NCBI GenBank assembly: GCA_963837955.1 | Contig: CAWIPH010000002.1 | Coordinates: forward strand, 3,680,001 to 3,744,000 | DNA from: an uncultured Verrucomicrobiae bacterium | Lineage (GTDB): Bacteria > Verrucomicrobiota > Verrucomicrobiia > Chthoniobacterales > JAFAMB01 | Reading direction: 5' to 3' | Length of the DNA stretch: 64,000 nt | Shown here: positions 47,761 through 56,986 of the stretch, piece after piece | How the letters are laid out: each line of letters begins with the position of its first letter | Position numbering within the stretch: the first letter of the stretch is position 1 | Program-made: the position numbers and the translations under genes | Notes under the pieces: generated by a model | The model's database searches: none | What the model was told of the DNA's origin: nothing | What the model saw: the letters and a program-made list of their open reading frames with translations, nothing else

Positions 47761-47805
47761 ACGTCGCACCGCTACCGTGGTTGGGCCACCCATCCAGAGG
47801 GACCC
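47761..47805 (-). other. putative cos site (cosQ/cosN-like)
   Basis: minus strand GGGTCCC-N18-CCACG|GTAGCGGTGCGA|CGT has the same spacing as lambda GGGTCCT-N18-TTACG|GGGCGGCGACCT|CGC. Confidence 0.6.
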
Positions 47806-48127
47806 CCAACCTTATCCCGCCTTTTCGAAAGGCATTCACTCAGAGTTTTCCCTCTTTGATTTTCCGCAGAAGACTCTCCCATTGTGAGTCGAGATCCTGC
47901 TCTTCGTCGTCGGCTACAGCGGGCTTCTTTTTGCGTTTGCCCGGCTCGTTTTCTGGATCATTTTCGCCGGTCTCACCCGCCTCCTCGCCACCGGAGAAAT
48001 ACTTCTCGCCTGGCCGTTTGATCGGCGCTCTTCTTCTTAGCCTTCGGGGCCAGCGGACTGTTGCGACCAAGGAGGGCCGCACCGTGGGCGGCGGCTATCA
48101 CCAAACACTTTTCCCAATCGATCGCGT

Positions 48128-48970
48128 TCAAAGTGCAAACCTCCCTGCCGGAGCGTGCCGCGGCGTGTCGCTTGGTTTTAATGCGGGGCTCTTCGTTTCC
48201 TGGAGAGCCTTGTGTTTGGCTAAAATCGCATTGCCCCTATTTCGCAGACTGGGTCCAGGTGCTAAGGATGTTGCTGGTTCAGCGTCAATCTGCGCGAGAG
48301 CTTGCATCAAGGCTTCACCGCACTGCTGGATTTTATCAATCAAGAGCGGCAACTTCTCTTCTGCGGCCTTAAGATCACTCTCGATCTGGTGTGGTGTTGG
48401 CTTGCTAAGATCCGCTGTGCACGGCTTGAAATCGAGCGCCTCAAACTGTTGAAGCTCGCGATTAACGGGCGTGGGTAGAACGTCTGGGTCGAGACTCTTC
48501 ACGCCGAGCCGACCAGGGCCGGATTGCATGAGATCTCTCGGTGGCATCGGGGCTGGCATTGTTACCCCCAACTCATCCAGTAGCTGTTGGCGCCTATGTT
48601 CTGCGGCTCGCACCAATCCGGCAGAGAGATGATTATATGACCGAAAAAATGGCTTTTGGGGCGCGCGCAAAGCCTCGAGATCGTCGTCCAGGACTATCTC
48701 CAAACGCTTGATTCGGTGTTCTTGAATTTCGATGCTATCGCTAAGTCTTCGTTTCCGCGAGGCGACCTCGGTGGCGTTGCCCGGCGCGTCGAGAAGGGCC
48801 GTTGCTTGATGCCGCGTTTCGTCGATTTCGGACCGAAGGCTTGCTATCGCGGCTAGCCTGGTCTGCTCCTTTTCGCTGAATTGCGCTAACGCCTTTGCCG
48901 CTTCAGCATGTTTGTTCTTTAGGTCAGTGATCAATTCGGCGATTTCGCTTGGGGGTGTCTTAGTTTTCAT
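48128..48970 (-). CDS. coiled-coil hypothetical protein
   Basis: 280-aa ORF, translationally coupled to the upstream gene. Confidence 0.75.
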   Translation of the reverse strand: MKTKTPPSEIAELITDLKNKHAEAAKALAQFSEKEQTRLAAIASLRSEIDETRHQATALLDAPGNATEVASRKRRLSDSIEIQEHRIKRLEIVLDDDLEALRAPQKPFFRSYNHLSAGLVRAAEHRRQQLLDELGVTMPAPMPPRDLMQSGPGRLGVKSLDPDVLPTPVNRELQQFEALDFKPCTADLSKPTPHQIESDLKAAEEKLPLLIDKIQQCGEALMQALAQIDAEPATSLAPGPSLRNRGNAILAKHKALQETKSPALKPSDTPRHAPAGRFAL

Positions 48971-49344
48971 TAGTTGAAGAGATGTTGGTGGTTGGTCAGG
49001 CTTCGAATTAATTTGGGGATCATCTGCTGCAGATGGGTCACGAGCTCCTTGAGCGTCTCGCTGTTTGCCGGAATGCGGGAAAGGGGCTCGATTCCGACCG
49101 CGCTCACTGCTGAGCGGACTTCCAGCGGTTGGTACATCGACGTTCGTTGATCGAGGTTTGAGTGAATCGAACGAAATTTGCGCCAGGCGACGTCGAGAAC
49201 CTCTGCAAGCTTGGATTGAGTGAGATTAGACGGGCTTCGTTCAAATTCGTCACAGGCTCTTTGCAACTGCGCTCGTAAGCGCTCGAGCTCGCCGATGGTG
49301 GTTCGGACAATCTGCGGAAGGTTAGTTTCGGTGGTGGTAGTCAT
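48970..49344 (-). CDS. hypothetical protein
   Basis: 124-aa ATG ORF. Confidence 0.7.
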   Translation of the reverse strand: MTTTTETNLPQIVRTTIGELERLRAQLQRACDEFERSPSNLTQSKLAEVLDVAWRKFRSIHSNLDQRTSMYQPLEVRSAVSAVGIEPLSRIPANSETLKELVTHLQQMIPKLIRSLTNHQHLFN

Positions 49345-49364
49345 GAGTTAGTCGTTTGTTGGCT

Positions 49365-49528
49365 TTGGGACGGTTGAAAACCGTATCCAAAACAATAATT
49401 TCTGTTAATTGGGACGGTTGGGACGGGTAATTTTCATCCTCGCGCGCACGATCCCGCGCATACGCACATGCGTGCGTGCGCCGGCACATGTAGACGGTCT
49501 CAAAAACAATCGTCCCAACCGTCCCAAC
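49365..49528. other. putative replication origin with iterons
   Basis: TTGGGACGG direct copies (49365, 49409, 49418) and inverted copies (49511-49528) directly downstream of the primase. Confidence 0.7.
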
Positions 49529-49530
49529 GT

Positions 49531-51882
49531 TCATTCGAACTCCTCCTCTGTCGGTAAACGGAATCTCAAGCCTCTGTAGCCACGAACAGCCTTGCCTTGG
49601 CGCTGCACGCTGTTGGATCTAGAGACCGCGAATAGTTCCAAGAGGATGTCGTCTAGCTGCCGGTGAACGACGCTCACTGGTATCGGGCTCCATCCGCTGT
49701 CAGAACAGAACTTCATATACTTCTCGACCAATTCAGAAACTGCTAGATCACCGGCATCAACTCGGCTGACGCTTTGTTTTATGAAAAGTCGGAGGCTATC
49801 GGATTCCAGAAGCAATGACTCCACGTGATCCTTCTGTCTCTGGCTCAAGGCGATGTCACCATGTTTCGAGATGTCCTCGATAAGCTTCCTTGTTCCTTCC
49901 AGAAACCAGTTCAAGATGCCGGACCCCTCGCTACTTAATAGACGTTCATGAATGTCGGGAATCTTCTTTCCGGTGAATGGCTTGTCATAACGGGCGATTG
50001 CTAGTCGCCTTTTCCACGCGCTTTGATCGCCTTCCAAGTGAACGCGCAACCGGCTGTTGGAGGTGATCAGAACATTGAAACTACCGTCGACAGAAAACGT
50101 CTGATTACTTCCTTTGCGCTCGGCTTCAAGCGTGTCGCCACCAACTAAGGCCTTGAGCCGGCTGGCTCCGGATCCAGCCATGAAATTCGCGCGAACGTCG
50201 GCGCCAAGCAGCAATGTCTTTCCCACCATTCGCCCGATTTCGAATCGCTCCTCTAAATGCCTCGTGCGCAACTCGTAAACATTGGAGGGACCTACAATCC
50301 CTCGAACAATCTGTACATAAGCACTCTTGGACGCTTCGCCTTCGCCGTCGAGTAGAGTAATCCGCTGCGTTATGTTGCGGCCAAGCAAACACTGGCCGCC
50401 ATATTTCTGCAGTAGCTCGCGGTCGTCAGGCTCCACGTGTCCGAGAATGGATTTTTCAAAATCTGGACAGGTCGCGTTCGGATCGTAGAGAATCGGCGAT
50501 CTATTACGGCTCCGCATTTGCGGCGAGAATTGTTCAGGAACGAACGTTCCGTCATCTCTGAACCGCAAAACACAGTTGGCGAGATGAACTGTCCTAGCAT
50601 CGGTAGTGAAAAAGTTCTTCTGTTCTATCTCGCCTCGTAGATGAGTTATAATTCCGGCGAGCGTGCCGGCGCTGCGAAGCTGCTGCAGAGCAAACCATTC
50701 GTCCCCCCAATCGAAAGCGGCTCGGTTAATACGGTCCGACAACTCTTTTCGAATTGAGTCTTCCGATTGCGGAACAAACAGCCCGAACTCCGGCGAATAC
50801 CTGTAGAATTGTCTTTCGTCCGGCTCAAAAACGCCGATCTCCTCTCGGGCGCGAAGTTGCGCCCAAAACGGCTCGCTGAGGCGAGACAGTTTTCCATGTG
50901 CGTTTTGAAATCCCGGCAGTCCAAAGCTTTGTATAAGCTGCTTCAGCCCGTTTTCGTCTTGATGCCCTCGGGTCGCTTTTGGCTCGCCGACTTTGCTTTT
51001 CCTCGATCCTTCTTTTTCGCGGGTTGAGTTTTGAAATTTTCCCTCGAGCAAATGACCGCGCGGTTTTTCGTGCGGAACCTTCAGCGCTTCGTTCAATTTG
51101 TGTCGGAGCTCTTTCTCGTTCCAGGGCGGCTGGCAGCGGGCGTTGTATTCGCTCAAGAATGGAAAGGCCTCTTCCGGATCGAGGCCAAAGCCCCAAACCA
51201 ACGCACATGCGGCCTTGAGAGTTGTGCCGTGTCCGTCCTGACCAGATATTGCAGGATCGACCTTTTCTAAGTAGGCACGCATTCGATCCGACAACCCTTT
51301 TGGTGTGGCTGGCCTGGAGGTTTGCTCAGCCTTTGGCGGCGGAGTTTTCCACGGCAAGATGAGAAAAGTTGGCCAAATGATCGCATTAAAGCCAATCCGC
51401 AAAGGGGACCCATCGCAGAGCAACTCGTAAGGCACGCCTTCGGGATGAATTCCGCGAATGACGGACTGGCCACCGTCTGCGCGGAATTCGCCAAAGTGCT
51501 TTCCATCTTGATCTTTGAGTTTCACGACCCGATGCGGATAATCACCATCAACGTAAAACCAGAACTGGCAGCCGCGTTTGCCTTTGCTCCGCAGCGTATT
51601 TCGAAAACATGGATTGAGCGCCAAAAACAGATCGATGTCGTCGTCTGAGTCGATATCGATCGCGCAAAGATTTTCGGAAGGCTGGCCGAGCAAGACCCCT
51701 GTGTTAACATGCGCGATCAAGCTTTTTCGATATGAAGCCTCTTGCGTTGCGGCGAATGTGACGTTCTGCCAACTGGGCAGCTTCGGCCCCTTTTGCCGTT
51801 CTGGAATCGGCAAGAGAACGGCCTTGGGTAACAATTTATTCAGCCGCTCAATTGTGACTAATCCGTTTCCGTTAGTTGCCAT
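49531..51882 (-). CDS. primase-polymerase / D5_N / SF3 helicase replication protein (P4/PICI-like)
   Basis: NTGVLLG..CAIDID (Prim-Pol), PPWNEKELRHK (PriCT-like), HLANCVL..YDPNATCP (D5_N), LKALVGGD..AERK, WKRRL. Confidence 0.9.
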   Translation of the reverse strand: MATNGNGLVTIERLNKLLPKAVLLPIPERQKGPKLPSWQNVTFAATQEASYRKSLIAHVNTGVLLGQPSENLCAIDIDSDDDIDLFLALNPCFRNTLRSKGKRGCQFWFYVDGDYPHRVVKLKDQDGKHFGEFRADGGQSVIRGIHPEGVPYELLCDGSPLRIGFNAIIWPTFLILPWKTPPPKAEQTSRPATPKGLSDRMRAYLEKVDPAISGQDGHGTTLKAACALVWGFGLDPEEAFPFLSEYNARCQPPWNEKELRHKLNEALKVPHEKPRGHLLEGKFQNSTREKEGSRKSKVGEPKATRGHQDENGLKQLIQSFGLPGFQNAHGKLSRLSEPFWAQLRAREEIGVFEPDERQFYRYSPEFGLFVPQSEDSIRKELSDRINRAAFDWGDEWFALQQLRSAGTLAGIITHLRGEIEQKNFFTTDARTVHLANCVLRFRDDGTFVPEQFSPQMRSRNRSPILYDPNATCPDFEKSILGHVEPDDRELLQKYGGQCLLGRNITQRITLLDGEGEASKSAYVQIVRGIVGPSNVYELRTRHLEERFEIGRMVGKTLLLGADVRANFMAGSGASRLKALVGGDTLEAERKGSNQTFSVDGSFNVLITSNSRLRVHLEGDQSAWKRRLAIARYDKPFTGKKIPDIHERLLSSEGSGILNWFLEGTRKLIEDISKHGDIALSQRQKDHVESLLLESDSLRLFIKQSVSRVDAGDLAVSELVEKYMKFCSDSGWSPIPVSVVHRQLDDILLELFAVSRSNSVQRQGKAVRGYRGLRFRLPTEEEFE

Positions 51883-52051
51883 CGCACCTCCTGGTGGACG
51901 TGGTCAGATACTCACCGATTGCGTCGCGCAAGATCGGATGATTGGTGAAGGCCATGAGGGCCCACCAAAGATAAGAGTCAGGAATTTGACTAAGCAGCCT
52001 ACCCTTGAACTTTCCGAAGGGCATAACAACATCGCAAGCTGATGCATTCAT
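51872..52051 (-). CDS. DUF3820-like small protein
   Basis: MPFGKFKGRLLSQIPDSYLWW. Confidence 0.8.
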   Translation of the reverse strand: MNASACDVVMPFGKFKGRLLSQIPDSYLWWALMAFTNHPILRDAIGEYLTTSTRRCDGN

Positions 52052-52392
52052 GCCATCGCCCTCGTTGTTTTTATATTCCGGCCGGCGTGTTCCTGAAGCC
52101 ACTGTCTCGCGTCTTCATTCAACGCCAACGCCGGCGTTTTATGCCCCGATCGTGCCAGCGCGATGATTTGAGGGAGAGTAGCCAAGCCCGCCCTCCTCCG
52201 TGTGACAACAATCCGCAGGAGCACCCCGGCTTGATAAGCGTCGATCTCGCAGGCAATTCGATTTCGGCTTAGTAGATATAACTGTTGTGGCGTTGCTGGC
52301 CCGGCCTCGGGATGAGGCGTCAAATCCGCGTTGGGCAGGACGGCACGTATTTCGTCGAGGCTCTCAATTTTCGTCCTATAACGCGTCCTCAT
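52048..52392 (-). CDS. hypothetical phage protein
   Basis: PATPQQL..GLATLPQI repeats; overlapping start/stop; AAGGAGG upstream. Confidence 0.7.
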   Translation of the reverse strand: MRTRYRTKIESLDEIRAVLPNADLTPHPEAGPATPQQLYLLSRNRIACEIDAYQAGVLLRIVVTRRRAGLATLPQIIALARSGHKTPALALNEDARQWLQEHAGRNIKTTRAMA

Positions 52393-52598
52393 GCTCCCTC
52401 CTTCGTTGCACGACGGTGTAGAGGTACCGCCAGGCCGCGATTGATAAAGCGAACTTTGATACTCGCCAGCGGTCTCGCGGAAGACTTGCAGCCGGGCAAC
52501 TGCCGTGTCAAATCCTCTGCGAATCTTCTAACAGCCATTTTGCGCGGGCGTCCTGACAGACGCCCCGCGCCGTTTTCGGGTGCGGAGGGATCTTGCAT
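52389..52598 (-). CDS. small hypothetical protein
   Basis: coupled on both sides within the operon. Confidence 0.45.
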   Translation of the reverse strand: MQDPSAPENGAGRLSGRPRKMAVRRFAEDLTRQLPGCKSSARPLASIKVRFINRGLAVPLHRRATKEGA

Positions 52599-52795
52599 CA
52601 GATTTTGAAACGGTTGGCAAAACGTTCGACCTCCGAGGCGGGGATCATTTTGAAGCCGTTGTAGTCGATGGCGCGGACATCTCCGCGGTAGAGGCGCCTG
52701 TACCCCCAGACCGGAGAACGGCCGAATAATTTTGCAAATTCACTCGGTGTGTAGCCGAGCCGAGGTTCTTGGCGCGGCGCTTCGTTGGTTTTCAC
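52598..52795 (-). CDS. excisionase/AlpA-like HTH protein
   Basis: YTPSEFAKLFGRSPVWGYR..G..IPASEVERF. Confidence 0.75.
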   Translation of the reverse strand: MKTNEAPRQEPRLGYTPSEFAKLFGRSPVWGYRRLYRGDVRAIDYNGFKMIPASEVERFANRFKI

Positions 52796-52842
52796 ACTAT
52801 TGTACTTTTTGTCAACTCACCATCTGTGTGTTACCATCATAG

Positions 52843-53526
52843 ATGACCGTAAAAGAACTAGCTGCGGCTGCCGGAATCACACGCCAGTGGCTAAATGTGC
52901 GGGTAAATCGCGACGAGGTTCCCGGAGTAACAAGAGGGGCGAACGGGCGCCTGATGATCCAATCCTCCGATGAGCTTCTGGACTGGGTGTCGCAAAATCG
53001 AAAAATGTTATCGGGCCAGCGCGGGCGGCGCCTGATCGCCAAACAGCGTTCCCAACGCCTATCGGCTTCAGAAAGTTACCTGACTGTGGGTGAAGTAGCG
53101 GAGATGTGTGCTTGCTCTTCTGAAACGATCCGATCGAAGGCTTTACTGATACCGGGTTTTAGGATGCATGGCATGCGTTATCGGTTCGAGGATTCTGAGA
53201 GACTCCGTAGGTGGATCGAACGCGAAGCCGAACAGTCGCTTCTCAGGAGAAAACAGGTCCACCGACTCCGATTGAACCACGGACGAGGGAGTGTTATCGA
53301 GATTTACGCGGCTCTTCAGAGGTTTCGATTTACTTTGAACCGGCAGGGCGGAGCTGAGGCGTTCAAGCATCAACCACCTGCGGAGCTCGATTATATGCTT
53401 GGAGAGTTAAGCGTCGTTCATCGATTTGCATCAGAGCTCATGGCTCTCAGACAGAACCTCAAAAAGAGACCTTCGCCGCCATCGCCTGCGAATGCTCATC
53501 GCGCAAATGCCCGTAGGTCTTCATAG
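52843..53526 (+). CDS. regulator with tandem HTH domains, divergent from the replication operon
   Basis: MTVKELAAAAGITRQWL and YLTVGEVAEMCACSSETIR. Confidence 0.7.
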   Translation: MTVKELAAAAGITRQWLNVRVNRDEVPGVTRGANGRLMIQSSDELLDWVSQNRKMLSGQRGRRLIAKQRSQRLSASESYLTVGEVAEMCACSSETIRSKALLIPGFRMHGMRYRFEDSERLRRWIEREAEQSLLRRKQVHRLRLNHGRGSVIEIYAALQRFRFTLNRQGGAEAFKHQPPAELDYMLGELSVVHRFASELMALRQNLKKRPSPPSPANAHRANARRSS

Positions 53527-54565
53527 CCAAAGCTCCGCCGTCTTTGTGTCCTAGCCAGCGAGAGACGGTCGGGATATCGACTCCGCTTTCAATGCAACGG
53601 GTCGCGAACAAATGCCGCAAATCGTGATGAGTTAGTTTGGGGATTTCGAGCTTCTTGCAAGCGGTCTCGAGGGCTTCCCGGCATTCCACCACGTGAAGCA
53701 CGTAGGTTGAACGCTCAAGATTGCGCGGCTCTTTGTCGCGGTCAGCAAGACGTTCCAGGAGTGCACGCATCGGTTCGATAATTGGAACGATCCTGCGCTC
53801 CAGGTTTTTGGTACCGATTTCTGGATTGCCTTCGATGGTGATCATTCCTTTCTTACCATCGACATGCTTCCACTCAACGTGCGCAGCCTCAGTGATTCGA
53901 CAGCCGGAGAAAGCGAGAAACCGAACTAGATCGGCGCATTCCTTCGCGCACCAAGCACCCGAGGTCTCAACGGTCTTTAACAAGTTCGTGAACTCTTCGC
54001 GCGATGGAAGCTGAAGCTTTTTCGCCGTCACCTTAACCTTGTTGACCTGCGTCGCCGGATTGGAATGGATAAGGCCGCGGTCTATTCCGAGTTCAAAGAT
54101 GTGCCTCAGTGTGTCGAGCGTATTATTAAAGCGCGTGCCATGTACCCGTTTTGCATAGCCAGCCGCCCACTGCTCGCAGTCTCGTCGCGTCACGTCGGCT
54201 AGCTTTCGTTCCGCCAGTCCCGGCCAGGAGCTAAGCAGAGCGTCAATCGTCTGTTTGCGGTAAGCAATCGATGAGGCCTTAAGATGAACATTGAGTTCAA
54301 CGGAGGATCTGTAGGCGTCAGCCGCTTGGCGGAAGGTCGCTATGCCGCGCGCTAAGGAGCGAAGCGCCGCCTGGCCGCGCTTTAGCTCCGCCACTTTCTT
54401 GGGAACACGCTGCTCCGCGACTGAGAAGAGTTCGGTCTCGAGCGTCGCCCAGCGATCCACCCCAGCGACCTTAGCCCGCGCATAGTAAGTCCCAGTCGGA
54501 ACGTGAAGATAGAGGTTAGAAACTCGTGAACGCGACCACACTTTTGGCTTGGCTTTCTTCGCCAT
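53459..54565 (-). CDS. tyrosine recombinase / integrase
   Basis: SGCRITE, HDLRHLFAT, WLGHKDGG, TYGH; adjacent to the tRNA. Confidence 0.96.
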   Translation of the reverse strand: MAKKAKPKVWSRSRVSNLYLHVPTGTYYARAKVAGVDRWATLETELFSVAEQRVPKKVAELKRGQAALRSLARGIATFRQAADAYRSSVELNVHLKASSIAYRKQTIDALLSSWPGLAERKLADVTRRDCEQWAAGYAKRVHGTRFNNTLDTLRHIFELGIDRGLIHSNPATQVNKVKVTAKKLQLPSREEFTNLLKTVETSGAWCAKECADLVRFLAFSGCRITEAAHVEWKHVDGKKGMITIEGNPEIGTKNLERRIVPIIEPMRALLERLADRDKEPRNLERSTYVLHVVECREALETACKKLEIPKLTHHDLRHLFATRCIESGVDIPTVSRWLGHKDGGALAMKTYGHLRDEHSQAMAAKVSF

Positions 54566-54571
54566 ACCTTA

Positions 54572-54599
54572 GGTGTAGAAGAAAGGTGTAGAAGAAACC
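54572..54599. promoter_or_regulatory. putative integrase arm-type sites (2x GGTGTAGAAGAA)
   Basis: matches 34099-34125. Confidence 0.7.
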
Positions 54600-54613
54600 A
54601 GCTCTTTCTGCTC

Positions 54614-54686
<73 letters not shown>

Positions 54687-54907
54687 GTAGACAAGTCGGG
54701 GCGCAGAATGCGAACGAGCGTTCTATTATGCCCGAACTTTGGGCGGGGACAAGGGATCATGAGAAATAGTCGATAGGTTCCGCAGCGCAAAGAATATTGT
54801 ACACGGCTGCGAGTCAACGACCGCCGACAGACCAGATTTTTTCTGCGTTCTTGTTTGGCGGTCTCGCCTCTTCTCACTTACTTCGTCTCAGCAGTCGCGG
54901 CCGTGTG

Positions 54908-55393
54908 CTAGTGTGCTGGGGTTAGGTTATAGATCAGCATCCCGATCTTCCAATCATCGCCCTCACGCATATCAATCGTCGACCAATAGCCCTTGATTTG
55001 GATAGGGCGGCCGGCTTTGCCTTGACCAGTTTCACTCCATTCTCCGGTCTCCCATGCCTCATTACCGTCCGTGCCTATAATGTGAGGGGTATTCCCATCG
55101 GGCTTGCCGATATGGTTTCTTGGGTGCCATACCTGGAACACACCTCTATACCAATTCTCAATGGCTTGCCGACCGTAGATTGGTCCTCTGTCGGTCACAA
55201 AAACCGCGTCCTCCGTGCAGAGCGCGGCGATGGCTGCTGCGTCGTTGTTGTTGACGGCCTCGTCATACGCCTCACTGAGAGCGCGGATCTTCTGGGTTGT
55301 CTGTGAATCGGGCGTGTTTGTTTGTTGGGCAAAGGCCGGCAAAGCGAAGCTGATTGCCGAGCCTACAATAGCAAGTAGTAAGCGGATTTTTAT
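54908..55393 (-). CDS. secreted NTF2/SnoaL-like (DUF4440) protein; apparent start codon is ATA
   Basis: signal peptide KIRLLLAIVG..FALPAFAQQ; AYDEAVNNNDAAAIAAL.TEDAV..GRQAI. Confidence 0.8.
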   Translation of the reverse strand: MKIRLLLAIVGSAISFALPAFAQQTNTPDSQTTQKIRALSEAYDEAVNNNDAAAIAALCTEDAVFVTDRGPIYGRQAIENWYRGVFQVWHPRNHIGKPDGNTPHIIGTDGNEAWETGEWSETGQGKAGRPIQIKGYWSTIDMREGDDWKIGMLIYNLTPAH

Positions 55394-55669
55394 TGTTACC
55401 TCTCGATGTTTTAGAATGGCTGTCGTCGAACGATCTGCTGCGGGATTTTCTCACGTCGCGAGTAACATCCTTGTCGCAGGGGCAGGAGGAACGCCTTTGG
55501 CCGAAAGGTCTCTGAGCGGCATCCAATAGACGCTCCTACCGATTGGGCGTCAAAGGAAACGTTTAGTGTGCGTGCGCCTTTGTCGTCACATCGCCGAATT
55601 GCGATCCATGCTGCGATAGCGAATGACAAATGGCAGATGACGAAGAGCAAGACGCCTCACGCATCATGC

Positions 55670-55842
55670 GCGGAACTGCTGATGAATAGCCGCAAAAGAA
55701 CGCAAAGATCGCAAAAGGACGGGACAAATAGGTCCTGCGGCGCCAAGAAAATTCTGCACGCCTGAGAATAGACGACTGCCGATGGGCTAAATCTTTTCTG
55801 CGTTCTTTGCGTTCTCTCGCGGCTATTCATCACCAGTTCCGC
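55670..55842. repeat. imperfect inverted-repeat element (~48-bp arms)
   Basis: gcggaactgctgatgaatagccgcaaaagaacgcaaag mirrored by ctttgcgttctctcgcggctattcatcaccagttccgc. Confidence 0.75.
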
Positions 55843-55943
55843 TATCGGGCGGCGTGGATACGGGATGCCGGCACGCCTAGCTCCGGCGGCAATCCTCTGG
55901 ATTGACCTAAAATCCGAAAACTGGCACAAGGGTCGCCACCACC

Positions 55944-56381
55944 ATGAACAAAGACCTCGACCAATTGAAGCTGTTAGGAATACTGCACACCATCTGGGGC
56001 ATCCTCGCCATCGTATTTGGTGTGATCTTCGGAATTATCTATGTCGTGACTGGCATAGCGTTCGCCACCTCCCCCACCTCCGATGAAAGTACGATGTCCT
56101 CCGGTGCCGCTGGCACTATTTTTATTGTGCTCGGGGTCGTGTTCCTCGTCTTTGCCGTAATTTACGGCATCTTGATGATCATGGCGGGCGGTAAGCTTCG
56201 GAAGCAGCGCGGCTATGGGTTTTGCTTCTTCGTCGCCATTCTGGATCTGCTCGGTTTCCCCAGTATCATTCTCGGAATCTTCACGCTGATGGTACTGTCC
56301 CGTCCGACGGTGAAGGCCTTATTCAAGGGTGAAGCTCTCCCTCCGGATTCAGCAACTCAGGTGGTCCCGCCGGTCGCTTAG
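55944..56381 (+). CDS. multi-TM membrane protein
   Basis: hydrophobic helices; GIFTLMVLSRPTVKALF. Confidence 0.8.
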   Translation: MNKDLDQLKLLGILHTIWGILAIVFGVIFGIIYVVTGIAFATSPTSDESTMSSGAAGTIFIVLGVVFLVFAVIYGILMIMAGGKLRKQRGYGFCFFVAILDLLGFPSIILGIFTLMVLSRPTVKALFKGEALPPDSATQVVPPVA

Positions 56382-56464
56382 CCCGACCGCTTCTCAGTGC
56401 CTACAGGCCCCCCGGAAAAAACTTTTCTCTCGCTTCGGTCCCGCGCCGGCGAGTTCCTGTCGGA

Positions 56465-56980
56465 TCAGGAAACAACCATCACCGCCACGACCAACTGACC
56501 GTCTCGCCAGAGCGGTCCTCGGATAAACAACGGGCTGCCGCGAGTGACTTTAGCCTGCGTTTCGATGAGCTGGTGGTCTCCGAGAAAAAGCCGAAGACCA
56601 ACCAGATAGTGTTCGCCGGGCTGCCGGGTCAATCCGGTCAGTTCGACTCGAATATTGCCGTGGAAAACGATGGAACTAGGAGTATTCGGCGCAACAATCG
56701 TTTCCCCTTGCCCTAAAGTTTCCAGGGCCGCATACCCCAAGAGTTTTTCCAAGCGCTCATCGTAGCTACGAATCCGGGGCGGGATCTGGGTCGGTGTTTT
56801 TTCGACAGCACGCCCGTTGGAAGCGTACAACAAACAACCCCAGACAGCCTGACCCGCGGGTGAGTCACCTCCGGCCAGAGCACTATTGGTCGCAAGAAAG
56901 AATCCGGCTCCCAAGACGAAGGTGCGGAAGCAACAAATTCCAGCGGCGTATGTTCCAAAAAACGATGGCCAAATGAGCAT
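56465..56980 (-). CDS. hypothetical exported protein in ECF operon
   Basis: follows the anti-sigma gene; SPLFIRGPLW. Confidence 0.7.
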   Translation of the reverse strand: MLIWPSFFGTYAAGICCFRTFVLGAGFFLATNSALAGGDSPAGQAVWGCLLYASNGRAVEKTPTQIPPRIRSYDERLEKLLGYAALETLGQGETIVAPNTPSSIVFHGNIRVELTGLTRQPGEHYLVGLRLFLGDHQLIETQAKVTRGSPLFIRGPLWRDGQLVVAVMVVS

Positions 56981-56986
56981 TACGAG

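Noticed and set aside
55400..55560. Riboswitch upstream of the SnoaL-like gene
   Set aside because: Some hairpin potential, but no recognisable aptamer consensus; would need an Infernal search
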